This document shows positions 51,521 to 64,000 of a stretch of 64,000 bases of DNA, piece after piece. The notes beneath the pieces were generated by a model, which saw nothing but the letters and a program-made list of their open reading frames with translations, made no database searches and was not told the DNA's origin. A program made the position numbers and the translations under genes. Position 1 is the first letter of the stretch. Each line of letters opens with the position of its first letter. Origin of the DNA: Sphyrna mokarran (taxonomy: Eukaryota); the NCBI GenBank assembly GCA_024679065.1, contig JAGIQG010000012.1, positions 52,514,001-52,578,000 on the forward strand, given 5' to 3'.

Positions 51521-52329
51521 CTTGTGTTGTTCTTGGTGCTGAATGTGTCTGTCAGTGAACAGAAATGCATAGCATATTTAAGTTTCAATTTTACACAGCA
51601 GATTGTGTTCTCGGGAACTATCTCTGGAAACTCCTTTTACTTTCAAAGGAGAAGTGATAATTCCTAATTTTTGACAACAACTTCTCATCCAAATCAATTG
51701 TAGACTTGTAATAACTCGCAGGAAGCAGTTTTCCAGTGCTTTATTAACTTAATTTGGTAACAGGCTGAGCTAGAAATATATAGAAGTTCCAGGTTTGCTC
51801 ATGGCCTGTGCTAACTTTGCTTTTTTCAGCTGGGGTGTGATGTAGAATGTCATCATTGGTCTCAGTTGCTGGGCACAAAGCAATTTTTGCTCCATATCTA
51901 TTGGATGTATGAGGGCATGTCTGGACATGATCACTTCCAAATGGGAATAGTCAGCCTACATATAATGCCAAGGTTCATGCATAAATAATGGTCAATTTGT
52001 AGAGACACCAGAAGGCATCAGACATACATGGAATCATGTCCAAGGGAAAGTAAATGCTTCCCAAGGTCAGGAAGGAAGAACATTGACAGAAAAATAATAC
52101 TGTGGATGAGACACACATAATTTACACTGCTTTGCATGGCATCACTATTTATGAGATTTCTGCTGAGTTTTTGTGAAGTAGTATGAAGCGTACATTAGTA
52201 TTGGTTATAAACAAGAACCCTCGATGAAAAATACTGAGATCAGAATGCTATTTGTAAAGGATTTTCATGTTCAAGGTGAAGGGTATGACAAGCGATTTGT
52301 GGTTCAGTAAGGCAAGATAAGACTTACAC

Positions 52330-53190
52330 CATTTTCATATAGATGATGATGCAATGTTCAGTAATTATGCAACTCCTCTGTACCTATATGCAACAAGATC
52401 AGGACAATATTCAGCCTTGCACTGAATACATGGCAAGGAACATTTGCATCAACAAGTGCCAGGCAATGACCATCCCCAGCTAAAGATAACCGAACCATTT
52501 CCCCTTGATGATCAATGGCGTTATCATCACTGAATTCCTCATTGTCAACATCCAGACATTACCATTGACCAAAAACATAACTGAGCCAATTGTATAAATA
52601 CTCTGGCTATAAGAGCAGCTCTAAAGTTGGTAGGTTGAATTGGTAATTCTGCAGAAAGTGCCTTACCTCTTAACTTCCCAAATTCTGTCCACCATCTACA
52701 AAATACAAGGCAGGATTGTTATGAAATTCTCTCCATTTAATTGGATGTGTGCAGTTCCAACAACACTCATGAAGCTCAACTCCATACAGAGCAAAATAGC
52801 CTGCTTGATTGGCATCTCTTACACCCCAATAAACATTCAATTCCACCACCACCGACTCAATGGCAGAAGTGTGAACTTACAAGATGTATCCAATAAGACT
52901 TGTTTGGCAGTTTTCAAACCCGCAACCCTTACCACCTAGAAGGGCAAGGGCAGTAAATGCACGAAAACATTACCACCTACAAATTCCTCTCCAAATCATG
53001 TAATCCTGACTTGGAACTATGTTGCTATTCCTTTACTGTCCTTGAACTCGTTTTGTAATAGGGTGTCCCTACACCTCACGGTACTTCAGTAGTTAAAGAA
53101 TACAACACAGCACCACCTCCTTAAGGGCAATTAGAAAAGAGCAATAGATACTGGCCTAGCCGGCAACATCCACATGAAAGAGAAAAGGGA
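52330..53190 (+). mobile_element. Decayed LINE 3' fragment
   Basis: Colinear with 31900-32750 (GCCAGGCAATGACCATC...LSTIYKIQGRIVM). Confidence 0.7.
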
Positions 53191-53799
53191 AAAATGTATA
53201 ATAAGTCAACCATGAGGACAAATCTAACTGAGGTGGGGAACTTACTGATGGGTAAAAGGACAAGTCAATTGAACTTCTGAACTTCTGAAGAGCGGAAGGG
53301 AGGTGGACGGTTTCAATCCAGTTGGGTGTGAGTCCATATGGGAACACCAGCCATAATGCAATATTATTCGTCATAACATTTGTCCTCTCATCAAAAGAGG
53401 TTGCAAAATCCATACTAATATGGTGAGCATTGCTGTTATGAAATTGAGATTAGGGCAGAGGGAGGTTTAATTTACCTGAAAGTGTTTGTTGCTGGCTTTA
53501 TTTGCCCAATGTAAGTATCAGTTAGGGTGCATCAGCTGCAGCTTTATTCATGTAAGAAATATTTGGCACCCCTTCGTCACAGCCAGTTCCAAGATACTTA
53601 GGTTTGTTCAGAAAGACTGTGATCTGGAAACACTGAACTCAGTGTGGTGCAGATCAGCTCATTGCAAAGGTAGCCTGATCAACTTAGGGAGGTCCACAGG
53701 GCAGGGGTGGGGGGCGGGGGGTGCAGGGTAAATCTCCACGGAGTTTTCTCCTGCATCCGCTGCATAACCTCCGCAGAAATCCAGCAAAAGCCTTACTCT

Positions 53800-54235
53800 G
53801 TTTTGTTTTGATTTATTATTGTCACATGTATTGGGATACACTGAATAATATTGTTTCTTGCGCGCTACACAAATTCATAGAGAAGAAGGAAAGGAAAGTG
53901 CAAAATGTAATGTTGCAGTCATAGCTACCTTAATATAAGGTAGATTTTTTCAAAAGTCTGATGGCAGCAGGGGAGAAGCTGTTCTTGAGTCGGTTGGAAA
54001 GTAATAACAGACTTCTGGATTTTTTTCCTGATGGAAGAATGTGGAAGAAAGAATGTCCGGTATTTGTGGCGTTCTTAATTGTATTGGCTGCTTTTCCAAG
54101 GCAATGGGAATTGTAGGCAGAGTCAATGGATGGGAGGCTGGTTTGGGTGATGGACTGGTCTACGTTTACAATTTTTTGAAGTTTCTTGCTGTCTAGTGGG
54201 AGCAGGAACCATAACAAGCTGTGATACATCTGGAA
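53800..54235 (-). mobile_element. Rex1/Babar LINE 3' fragment
   Basis: ORF KKLQKIVNVDQSITQTSLPSIDS...RLKNSFSPAAIRLL; same family as 49180-50110. Confidence 0.85.
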
Positions 54236-55769
54236 AGGAGGCAAATGGGGTTTTGACCCGAATGTATCAGCAGAGAACCAGAAGGCCAAAGGAAAACATC
54301 ACCTTGGTCTTGAGCTGCTGCAATGTACCAAAAAGAATAACTTAGAAATATTTTTACGGTGTGAAAGAGATATTTCATTACATTTTTATTGAAGGTCTAT
54401 ATGCTGGGAGGAAAAAAAAACATTGGTCTCGCTGCTACTGGTGATGAAGTTTTCAGTGTATTTTGCATCTTCTCGGGGTCACATATGATCAGGACACAAA
54501 ACAAATGCTTGGGTAAAGATAGAGGAGACTTAATTAGGCCTGTGTATAATGCAGGTAATAATGTGACACCCAGATTTCCTCATTTTTTTTATGCCTGTCC
54601 ATTGATCCCTTCGCCTGAATGCACTTGAACTTATTAAAATGACTACTCCAGAGCTAAAGAGCCATACGCGTTAATTTCCTGCAATTACACAGCTTCAAAA
54701 CAGATGGAAAATCACACCCAGAATTTTTGACACAGCAGGAAATAAAATGACATTTCTGACGTCCTGGTGTGACTTTTTAAAAATGTTTTTTTTTCAGGTT
54801 TCTTCACTGCACTTTATTTTCTGTTTCTTTGAATACACTTTTTTGGCTTGAAAATGAGTCACATTTAAAGCATTCCAAGCTTCTATGATTGCAATCTTTT
54901 TGAACACGCTGTGCTTAATGTGCACGACTGATGGTTAAACAGGCTTGAAACTTTAATTCGCACACTTAAAGAAGGAATGTGAATTCTGCACTTTCCCCCA
55001 ATCTCAATTCTTATACTGATTTCCTCTAGTTTACACCAAGTTTTACCTTGCAATGTGTGCTGATGGGATGGGGACATTTAGCCACAAATTTGTTGATAGT
55101 GACAAAATGAGCGCAAGAATGGGTGCAATTTTGTTTTTCAATTACACTCCCGTAGGAAATTCCGTCCCTAGAGACTGAAACTCGCAAGCACTTTTCAAGG
55201 AAAGCTCGCAATGTTATATAGATAAAGAAGCAGGGCAATGGGGTCAATGACAACAGTGACGCCAGCCCAGATATAGACACGACTACCAGTCTCAGGGTTG
55301 AGGATTACTGATGTTGGCAACAATGTTCCTTCCAAGGTGTACGCAGCAATCTTGCATATACAGTGCAGTAGGATAAGGCACTGTATATGTGTGCAAAATG
55401 GAAAAGTTAGGTCATCAATGGTAATATTGTTGCAGGACATTATGATTTAGCAGGATGTTTATTCATGGTGCTATTCCCCAGACATTGAGTTCCTGATCTC
55501 AGCTGTGCTCCAGGGAGAAACGCCATTCAGTCTAAGGGGAATAGCGTGAGTCACTCTGGGATGGGCCCTCCAGGCAGCTGGCTCACAACCAGCATCAATG
55601 GAGACCAAGAGAAACATCACCTGCACAATAGTTCAGTCTAAAGATGGAAGGTACAGGCATAGACAATTGGGCAAAACATTTTATGCCGGCCACTGATGGC
55701 GTGTAAAATGCTTTAACTTGGAGATAAGAAATTCCATATGCAGACATCAGCTAAGTGCAAAATGCCATA

Positions 55770-55905
55770 GATAAAGGCAAAACTCTGCGGATGCTGGAAT
55801 CTGAAACAAAAACAGAAAATGCTGGAAAATCTCAGCATGTCTGACAGCATCTTGGAGAGAGAATAGAGCCAATGTTTCAAGTCAGGATGACCCTTTCTCA
55901 GAGTT
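55770..55905 (-). mobile_element. Penelope-like terminal fragment with decayed hammerhead
   Basis: GCGGATGCTGGAATCTGAAACAAAAACAGAAAATGCTGG...; the reverse complement includes CTGAGAAAGGGTCATCCTGACTTGAAACATT. Confidence 0.6.
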
Positions 55906-56122
55906 GATCTTGCAAAATACCATGCTGGTGAGGAAAGCGATTGATAGTTTGAATCATCCACCCTTTCGGAATAAAGGAGACTGAAAGAAAACAGCAATCC
56001 TTGTGGAAAGATCATGGGAAACTGAAGCAAGAAATGATATCATTATTATTATGTCACTATCTAAACAAAATGGGAACATTCACATTGACCTCTATCTAGT
56101 CTCATTAAACATCCTTTATTAT

Positions 56123-56491
56123 CGAATCCCTACAGGAGGCAATTCGGCCCATCAAGCCTGCACCAACCCCCAACAAAGCATCTTACCCAGACCAACTGTC
56201 CTGTCCTATCCCCATATGCCTGCACATTCACCATGTGTAATCCCCCAAACCTACACGTGTTGCAGCACTAAGCTGCAATTTACCATGGCCAATTCACCTA
56301 ACCACACATCTTTGGACTGGGGGAGGAAACCGGAGCACCCAGAGGGGAGAATGTGCAAAATCCACACAGACGTGACCCAAGGCTGGAATTGAGCCCGGGT
56401 CCCTGGTGCTATGAGGCCATGATGTGGAGATACTGGGGTAAGGCACAGCTGTGAGGCAGCAGTGCTAACCACTGTGCCACCACGCTGCCCT
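56123..56491 (-). mobile_element. HE1 SINE
   Basis: Reverse-complement HE1 with a small insertion near the head. Confidence 0.85.
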
Positions 56492-57420
56492 AGATTGGCT
56501 AGGTTTAAACATTCATTTCAACAACATTGAAAAAGCTTTCACTTCGAGTGAAAATGTTCTGCTTACAACAATGCAACATCCCCAAATCTCTATTATCAGA
56601 CCAAAACTCTCTCCTAACTTTTTACTGCCATCATGTGGTCAGTCAGAGGAATTATAATGATCTTATCAGGCAGTAATTCAGCTGTTAAAACGTAGCTTCC
56701 TTTCTGTCTCTTAAAAGTTTTCTGCTTTTGTTTTGATGTCTGAAATGATCTTTGGCTGTCTGTGCTAACAAGATTTTGGATTGCTCGAAACATTTCAGGA
56801 GCAGTACCCTTTCTTCTGCCTGTTCATTCAGTTCTGGTAGTGCAGTTAGTGTCCTGTCAATCAGCCCAAGCAAGAACAAGAGAGGAGAAGCTGATCCTAA
56901 TAGGATTAGACCATCATGTCTTCCGATATGATGTACAAGCGCAGTGTCAAGGACAATCAGAAAATTTATCAGTAACTTCTCAAGAGTGTTTGAGAAATCA
57001 AATCACGACATTTTTTTTGAAGTTGTATCCCAGGAGAGACAAGGAAGGTGACCTTTAATTTCAGCTGGCAGTCCATCTTCATGCTGATAAAGATTTGCCA
57101 ACAAGGAAAGCATTTATGTTAGAGAATGCCTATCAGCTTTAATCTTCCTTAGCTCCACGAGCACCAATTGCTTCCACACAGGACATTCAAAAGTAACAAG
57201 CCGCAGACTAAGAAGTGGTTTGACTGATTGCATTTTGGTAATCACCATTGATCTTGTGTGCTGTTGTCTGCAGTAAGTTGGAAGAAAGACTGATTTGTAT
57301 CCCTTTCACTCCCAATTGAGCCACACATCTCAGGGAGGTAGGGGGAGGGAGAAAGTTTTCTCTCAATTTCCTCTACCTATATCCCCCAATCCATCCTCCT
57401 CAATTGGGTTTCTTTTTACG

Positions 57421-57706
57421 TTTTATTTATTAGTCTCACAAGTAGGCTTACACTAACACTACAATGAAATTACTATGAAAATCTCCTAGTCGCTACACTC
57501 CGGCAGGCTGTTTGGGTATACTGAGGGAGAATTTAGCGTGGCCAATACAGCGAACCAGCACTTCTTTCGGACTATGGGAGAAAACCGGAGCATCAGGAAG
57601 AATACCGCGCAGAATATGCAGATTCCACACAGTCAGTGACCAAAGCCAAGAGTCGAACCCAGCTCTCTGGCACTGTAAGGCAGCAGTGGTAACCACTATG
57701 CCGTCC
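57421..57706 (-). mobile_element. HE1-related SINE (AATAAA-tail subtype)
   Basis: TTTATTTATTAGTCTCACAAGTAGGCTTAC...GGCAGCAGTGGTAACCACTATGCC. Confidence 0.88.
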
Positions 57707-60475
57707 TGTGATAGAGGGAGAGAGAGAATTCCACTGTCCTTGCTGCCATCTTTCAGTGTTTCCCTCCTCCCCAGATCTCACGCAACTGCTCCACGGCCAA
57801 GTAATGTGATTGATGACGTACTGCCTTTCAGCTGTCAGCCAGCGTGCTGTATCAATTCAACATGTGAAGACCCATGCTAAAAATTCACAAATGCTTGAGC
57901 CACTTCAGTTTTGTTCAATTCCATTGTTCTTTGTTGCTCCGCCAGCATTCAAGCCTGATGCACCTACAGCCTTTCACCTCTCTATCAGTGCACTGAGCTG
58001 CACAGAGGCAATGGTCAACTAAGAGGCAGATTTAACACTGATGCTCTCCAGCTAATACTCCTCCCACAGAAGAGGTGGTCACTATGCCACTGGCATCGAC
58101 AGTGTTTACTGATGAATTAATGGTCTTATTGTGGTCAGCAGCCCTTATCTTGATTATAAGAATGTGGAATAGAAATAGTGAATTGTTTTATCTTTATGAA
58201 TGTGTATTTGTCTGTAAACATATTGCTGGGATAAAATGAATTGTGTGAGTTGAATCATTTTCTTGTGTCTGTTTTGAGATCTTTCCAATCTTTTTATCTA
58301 GTGTAACATAGTTCAATTTTTGCTTAATAAATATTAATTTCTGTGAATTTGCCCATGTAAGGATCTATCAAACCAGAGTTTATTCCAGTATCGGACTTGT
58401 CCAGTATCATCTTTATCTGGTAACATGTTCATCACCCATATGACTGCTTCCTCCATAGCACCTTACACATACTGAGGCAATACCTGCTGGACTTTTCGGA
58501 GAGCATGACAGCACAGTTGATGCTGAGCACAAGCTGTTGCTGTCCAAGAGTCTCCAAGCTGTTGGTGGCACTTTGCTCCCGACTAACTGTTCCTCCTTCT
58601 GTTCCCAAGCTGCCGACCTCCTCAGTTGGCATGTTGGCACCCATATCTTCATATAGGGAGGGTTCAATGTGACAGATCCCAATTTCTGGATCAATTTTTT
58701 TGTGCCAAAACTAAATGCAGAATTCAAGTACAAGAAAATAATAATATACAATATTAAAAATAATCAAAACAATGCAAGATAATCTTTACAGAAAGCCCTA
58801 TTCTATGGGAATCACAGATGTCAAAAATGTTGCAGAAATTAAGGGTAAGAATGATACCAAGATTTAAATAAAACGAGTGTTGATAATTTAGATATCACAT
58901 TTGTCTGTTGTATGAGAAACTATTGGAGTTAAGCACGTACGGTGGATGTTGTAGGGATAGTTTACATATGTGAACATAGGTCATATCTATAAAATTAACA
59001 TATCATTCTCCATATCTCTGCTCATTAAGAAGAAGTATCTTATAAACGATCATCATTGAAACAAACATTAGCAGAAGATAAATAAACATATGAACAAACT
59101 GGAACTTAGAGAGTCATGTTAGCCCTCTCCCATCGAGCTGCCAGAAAACAAACGGGTGACTGGTTCAACTTGCCTAGGTCACGCATACCCACCCTGGAGC
59201 TACTGGGAACAGATGTTCCCATTTTGTACCCACTTGGGTGAACATGCCCAGAGCAGGTGGCTAATTTCTTGTGAGTGCACGTTGAGTCCTGGTGACCATG
59301 AGCTGGAAGCTACATTGACAAGTTCTTGACATGAAGGAAGAGAGCATGAAAGAGGGTGGAGGTCCAAATGGAAACCATTTTGTAACTTTCCTTTGTGAAA
59401 CCAGGAACACTTTTCTGGGCCCCAACAGACAACCTTGCCTGCTGCAGATTTGCACAACGCCCCCAAACCTCCTGTTTACGAGATGCCGTCGAGATGACCC
59501 ATGATCCCAGCTTGGTGGTCATGACAGCCTTTCTATACAAAGCAGGCAGAAGAAATGTTGTTAAAATATCATATATTTCACCCTGATATCTCTTTGAAGA
59601 ATGGAAATAAATGATGGAATAGTTTGGCTGCTTTCGATATTTGCCTTAGAATGATAGGGATATTGCCTGCATGGCTTAGAGTAATAAAATTATTTTGTGA
59701 CACGGTCAAATGAGAGTTATTGAATGTAAGCTAAGTATTTAATAGGTCACACTATATATCAATAGTCAAGAATTCTGACAATGTCAGTGGAAAATATACT
59801 CTGCAGCAATGATCCTGACTGTGTGCATATGTCAGGTTGTTTTTACCCATGTCAATGATTATTTTGGCAAGACTTGATGCTCAATGTTTAATCAAATGAG
59901 AATGGTGCAAATCCCATTCTATATATCCTTTCAAATTCGCCTAGATAACAGTTTGTGCATTTCAAAGAAAGAATTAATGGACTAAAGCATTTTGAGAATG
60001 TTAAAGGCACTATGTTAGCGGAAATATTATTAAATTCATTTTTGTTTCTCAAGCCCTCCATTTGCAATCAGTTATTACTTTGCAATCAGAATTTTAATAA
60101 CTGTCAACACCTAACTACACTTCAAAGGGTTTTCAAATGAATTTTAAACTAATAGCTCCTCATATTAGCCATGAGCAGAATCTTTATCCAGAAGTCTGTT
60201 GAAAGCTCGGCATAATTAGCACTTACTTATTGTAAGTTATTTTCTCCCCTCCATGTCCCCCCACACCCCACACTTCTCGTGTTCCTCCCTGAGTGATCCA
60301 AGGATCTACCCTTGACCTTCTTCTATTTCTCGCCTACATATTGCCCCTCAGTGATGCCATTCAAAAACATTGCATCAATTTCCACAGATACGCCGGCAAC
60401 ACCCAATTCTACATCACCACCATCTCTTTCAACTCCCCACGGTCCCGGTACTTGGGGCACTGTCTCGGGACTGCT

Positions 60476-60808
60476 CGTTGATTAGCACTGCTAGCTCACA
60501 AAACCAGGGACCTGGGTTCGATTCTGGCCTTAGGTAACCGTGTGGATTTTGCATGTTCTCTCTGTGTCTGCGTGGGTTTCCTCTGGCTGTTTTGATTTCC
60601 ACCCACAGTCCAAAATGTGAGGTTCGGTCAATTGGCCATGCTAAATTGTCTCTTAGTGCCCCAAGATGTGTGGATTATTGGGGTAGATATGTGGAGTTAC
60701 GGGAATTGGGCCTTGGGTAAAGTGGTCTGCTGGAAAGTTGGTGTGGACTCGATAGGCCAAGTGGCCTCCTTCTACACTGTAGGGATGCTACGATTCTTCT
60801 ATGATTCT
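60476..60808 (+). mobile_element. HE1 SINE
   Basis: GGGTTCGATTC B box; tail GTAGGGATG..GATTC..TATGATTCT. Confidence 0.85.
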
Positions 60809-61360
60809 GTGATACTGTCAGGCTGCTTGTCTGACATCCAATACCGCTTGAGCAGAAATGTTTTCCATTTAAATAATTGGGAAAGCCAAAGTTACTGGTC
60901 TAAATTGTCCAGTCCTGCCCACAGCAGGGTGGAAGGTTTGACGGACTAACCAAAAGTCCATTGACTTTGGGTGGGAACTTTCAGATTCGCAGCACTCGGG
61001 ATTGGAAAATTCCACCCATTGTTTTCTGTTCCTGCCACACAATTTGCTCCTAGACCCCTGTTCCATTTCTCTGCCTGGGCAATTATCTGAAGTTGAAGCA
61101 GATTCTTCACAACCTTGGTGTTATGTATGAAGCTAAGGTGAGTTCCTGACCAAATTCTCCACCTCACTAGTACTGCCTACTTCCACCTCTATAATAATGC
61201 TCATCCCTGCCCATCAATGCCTCAGTTTATCAGCTGCTGAATTCATCCTTTCCTTAGTGGTCTCTAAATTTAATTATTCCAAAGCACTTCTTGTCAGTCT
61301 GCCACCTTCCACTCTCTTTAAACGTGAGATCATCGTAAACTTTGCTGCATGTTTCCTAAC

Positions 61361-61545
61361 TCTCCCACAGTCCAAAGATGTATGGGTTAGATTGATTGCC
61401 CATGCTAAATTGACCCTATTGTCAAGGGGCTTAGCAGGGTAAATAGGTGGGGTTACAGTACTAGGGCATGGGTGGGATTGTGGTCAGTATAGGCTCGATG
61501 GGCCAAATGGCTTCCTTCTATACTATAGGAATTCTATGATTCTAT
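61361..61545 (+). mobile_element. 5'-truncated HE1 SINE
   Basis: CCCACAGTCCAAAGATGT...AGGAATTCTATGATTCTA. Confidence 0.8.
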
Positions 61546-61949
61546 CAAGTCTCATAAGGCCCATTCACCTCTTACCCCTGTGCTCACTAATCTATTTTGG
61601 CTTCTGGTTTAAACAACCACTCTGATTTTCAAAATATTATTCTTGTTTTCAAAGCCCACCCTTGCTTTTGTCCCTCCTTCTCATGCCATGTGGCTTCATA
61701 ATGAAGGCAGGGTGGGTCATTCTTGAATTCACAGTGAAGTTGACCCTGACTCTGTGAAGACCATGAGAGAGACATAGCAGGTAACTAGCTTCCTAACTGC
61801 CCTTCACTCATCCGAGTGGACACCAAACTCTGCATAGTGGCTCCCTGTGACAACCACAATGTGAGATCACACAAATTATTCAAATCTTAATATTCCATGG
61901 TAGCTTTCTGTCACTGGACACAAGGATACTGATTTTATGTTGTACTGCC

Positions 61950-62206
61950 TGGACGGTGTAGTACAATGGTTAGCACTACTATCTCACAGTGCCAGAGACA
62001 TGGGTTCAATTCCTGGGTTGGGTCAGTGACTGTGTGGAGTTTGTACATTCTATCCATTTCTACTCTGATATCCTTCCACTGCCTGAAAGACGTGCTGGTT
62101 AGGTGCAATGACCCGAACAGCTGCTGGTGTGTGATGACCAGGGGAATTTCACAATAATTTCATTACGATGTTAATATAAGCTTTGCTTGTGACTGATAAA
62201 TAAACT
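61950..62206 (+). mobile_element. HE1-related SINE (AATAAA-tail subtype)
   Basis: GGTTAGCACT..CTCACAGTGCCAG...TGCTTGTGACTGATAAATAAAC. Confidence 0.8.
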
Positions 62207-62902
62207 TGTCTTCACATTAGACCCCACCTTGCACTTTGCAGAGAAGAGTATCATTCAAAGAAGATTACACTTCTTTATAATGAAGCATGCCATCCTTGCA
62301 ATGTTTCTGTCTGGGAAGTGTTAAATGCCCAGGTGATATTTTGCAAGGAATATTTCTATGGTTTCTATGATTTCTATGAATAGTTATGTGTCCTGCCTGA
62401 AAACTGTGTGCAAATGAGCTAGGGTCATTTTAGTGAAAACCTGAAATAAAAACTTAATATTCTAATTACATCACCTGACTGGATTTGTGGTTGTGTCTTA
62501 ATCAATTACATACCCCGCTTCAGTTTTGAAATGGTGAATGGGAGGCCATAATTCTTTAAGTTGGTAAGTGATGGCAGGCGTTGAAGAAGCAGTAATGTGT
62601 ACGTGTAGCCACATCATATTTCCTATTGGGCTGGCCTTGTCAACAAACGCTAGTGCAAACAAAAATAATGAGCAGAATCTTCCAGTCCTGAAGGGCAAGC
62701 ACGAAGGCAGGAAAGGGGAAAGTGGTATTTCACACGCTGAGACATCAGGTCTGTGGACTAACATATCCCATTACCTGGGAACTCTTGCCCAAGGTGGGTC
62801 ATCCATTTGGCAATGGCAGGTAACCAATTTGAATTATTAACTGCCCATTTTTTGATTGGTGATGCTGCCAGCATCTACCTTCAGAGTGAGAGGAGGCCAA
62901 TT

Positions 62903-63885
62903 ATCATAGAATCCCTACAGTTCAGAAGGAGGCCATTCAGCCCATCTGCACTGACTCTCCTAGGCCCTATCTCCATAACCCCAAATATTTATCTCACTAA
63001 GTACACTAAGGGACAATTTAGCATGGCCTATCCACCTAACCTTCATGTCTTTGGAAAGTGGGAGGAAATCCATGCAGATATGGGGACAAAGAACAAAGAA
63101 CAAAACAGCACGGGAAATGGGCCCTTTGGTCCAACAAGCCCACACCGACACCTCGATGTTCCCACTTCTACCCGTGATCCCTGTCTATGTTTATATGTTT
63201 TTTCACACAGAGGGTGGTGGGGGTATGGAATGCGCTGCCAAGCAAAGTGGTGGAGGCAGGTACTCTGGAGTTATTTAAGAAATACTTAGATGGGCCCATG
63301 AACAGAATGGGAATAGAGGGGTATAGAAAACTGATTTAAAATAGGGATCATGAGCCTTGAGAGTCCATGGGAAGTGTGTAAATAGATGATGATATTGATG
63401 TATTTGTTTTTATCCTACAGGTGCTTTGGTCCACCTTGTTGTCTAACAAGGGGCATACACGTGATGGGTCGTGAGAGGGCTGCTCTTGGATTTTTTTCGA
63501 GAGTATCCTAGTGCTTCACGTCGTTAGTGTACACTTGACCTGGACCATTTGATGGGCAACACGAGAGTTCAGTGACTATCACAGTGCTGTGCAGATACAT
63601 GGATTTGGGCCTGTGTCTGTGGGAGTTTGTGCATTCTCCCCATGCTTGCGTGGGTTTTCTCCAGGTGCTCCTGTTTCCTTCCACATCCCAAAGATGTGCT
63701 CTTAGGCAGATTGGCAAAACAAATTCTCCCCAAATTGTCTCAAATTTGGTTTTTAATCCATAAATCTATAAACATAGACAGGGATCACGGGTAGAGGTGG
63801 GAACATCGGGGTGGCGGCGCGGGCTCATTGGGCCGAAGGACCTGTTTCCTGTGCTGTTTTGTTCTTTGTTTTTTGTTCTTTTGAC
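62903..63885. mobile_element. Nest of SINE and CR1 3' ends: SINE(-) 62903-63085, CR1 tail(-) 63086-63195, CR1(+) 63196-63345, SINE-like body plus CR1 tail(+) 63605-63885
   Basis: HE1 body motifs, CR1 TTTTTCACACAGAGGGTGG and (TTCTTTG)n tails. Confidence 0.7.
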
Positions 63886-64000
63886 CTGGACATCGCTGGA
63901 TTCCCCATCCCTTCTCCCCCACCCTCCCAATTCATACATCTTGCCTCATTGTTGCCTTGGACTCCAATAGCTCTGTGCTGCCATACACATTCCCTATCTG

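Larger units (their letters stand above)
60285..61670 (+). mobile_element. Decayed L2-clade LINE with nested SINEs and a MITE
   Basis: IQGSTLDLLLFLAYILPLSDAIQKHCINFHRYAGNTQFYI resembles the L2 PQGS..YMLPL..FH.YADDTQLY motif. Further pieces: CLSDIQY and SKFNYSKALLVSLP. Confidence 0.7.

Noticed and set aside
53699-53729. G-rich tracts (also 42592-42618 and 29114-29168) as G-quadruplexes
   Set aside because: G4-capable on paper, but they lie in intergenic or repeat-derived DNA with no functional context.
27400-64000. Exons of SMYD2 or PTPN14, the expected downstream neighbours by mammalian synteny
   Set aside because: I found no matching peptides in the ORF track or in the islands I translated by hand. 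Small exons could have been missed.
1-64000. Prokaryotic-type systems (CRISPR arrays, retrons, operons) suggested by RT ORFs
   Set aside because: The sequence is vertebrate, the RTs are LINE ORF2 fragments, and I saw no regularly spaced repeat-spacer array.

Overview
AT-rich vertebrate genomic DNA, most likely from a shark: it carries HE1-type tRNA-derived SINEs, CR1/HER1-like LINEs, Penelope-like ends and Harbinger fossils typical of elasmobranchs. The only host coding sequence I can support is the last coding exon of PROX1 (+ strand, 20082-20267, VPERFLEVAQ...LQELLHE*). The ORF track misses it because it has no ATG. Positions 1-20081 are therefore the last PROX1 intron, about 20268-27380 is an apparently repeat-free ~7 kb 3'UTR, and the rest is intergenic DNA full of nested transposon remnants. 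Points worth following up: a NAGNAG acceptor on the PROX1 exon; several miR-181 seed sites and an RNA hairpin/pseudoknot candidate in the 3'UTR; a ~225-bp intronic inverted repeat; a core-intact minimal hammerhead ribozyme in a Penelope end; a two-gene Harbinger fossil; LINEs repeatedly nested inside SINEs; and a SINE subtype that appears to have swapped a CR1 tail for a Rex1-like tail. I see no strong evidence for an entirely new biological system. Repeat boundaries and identities were read by eye and are approximate.
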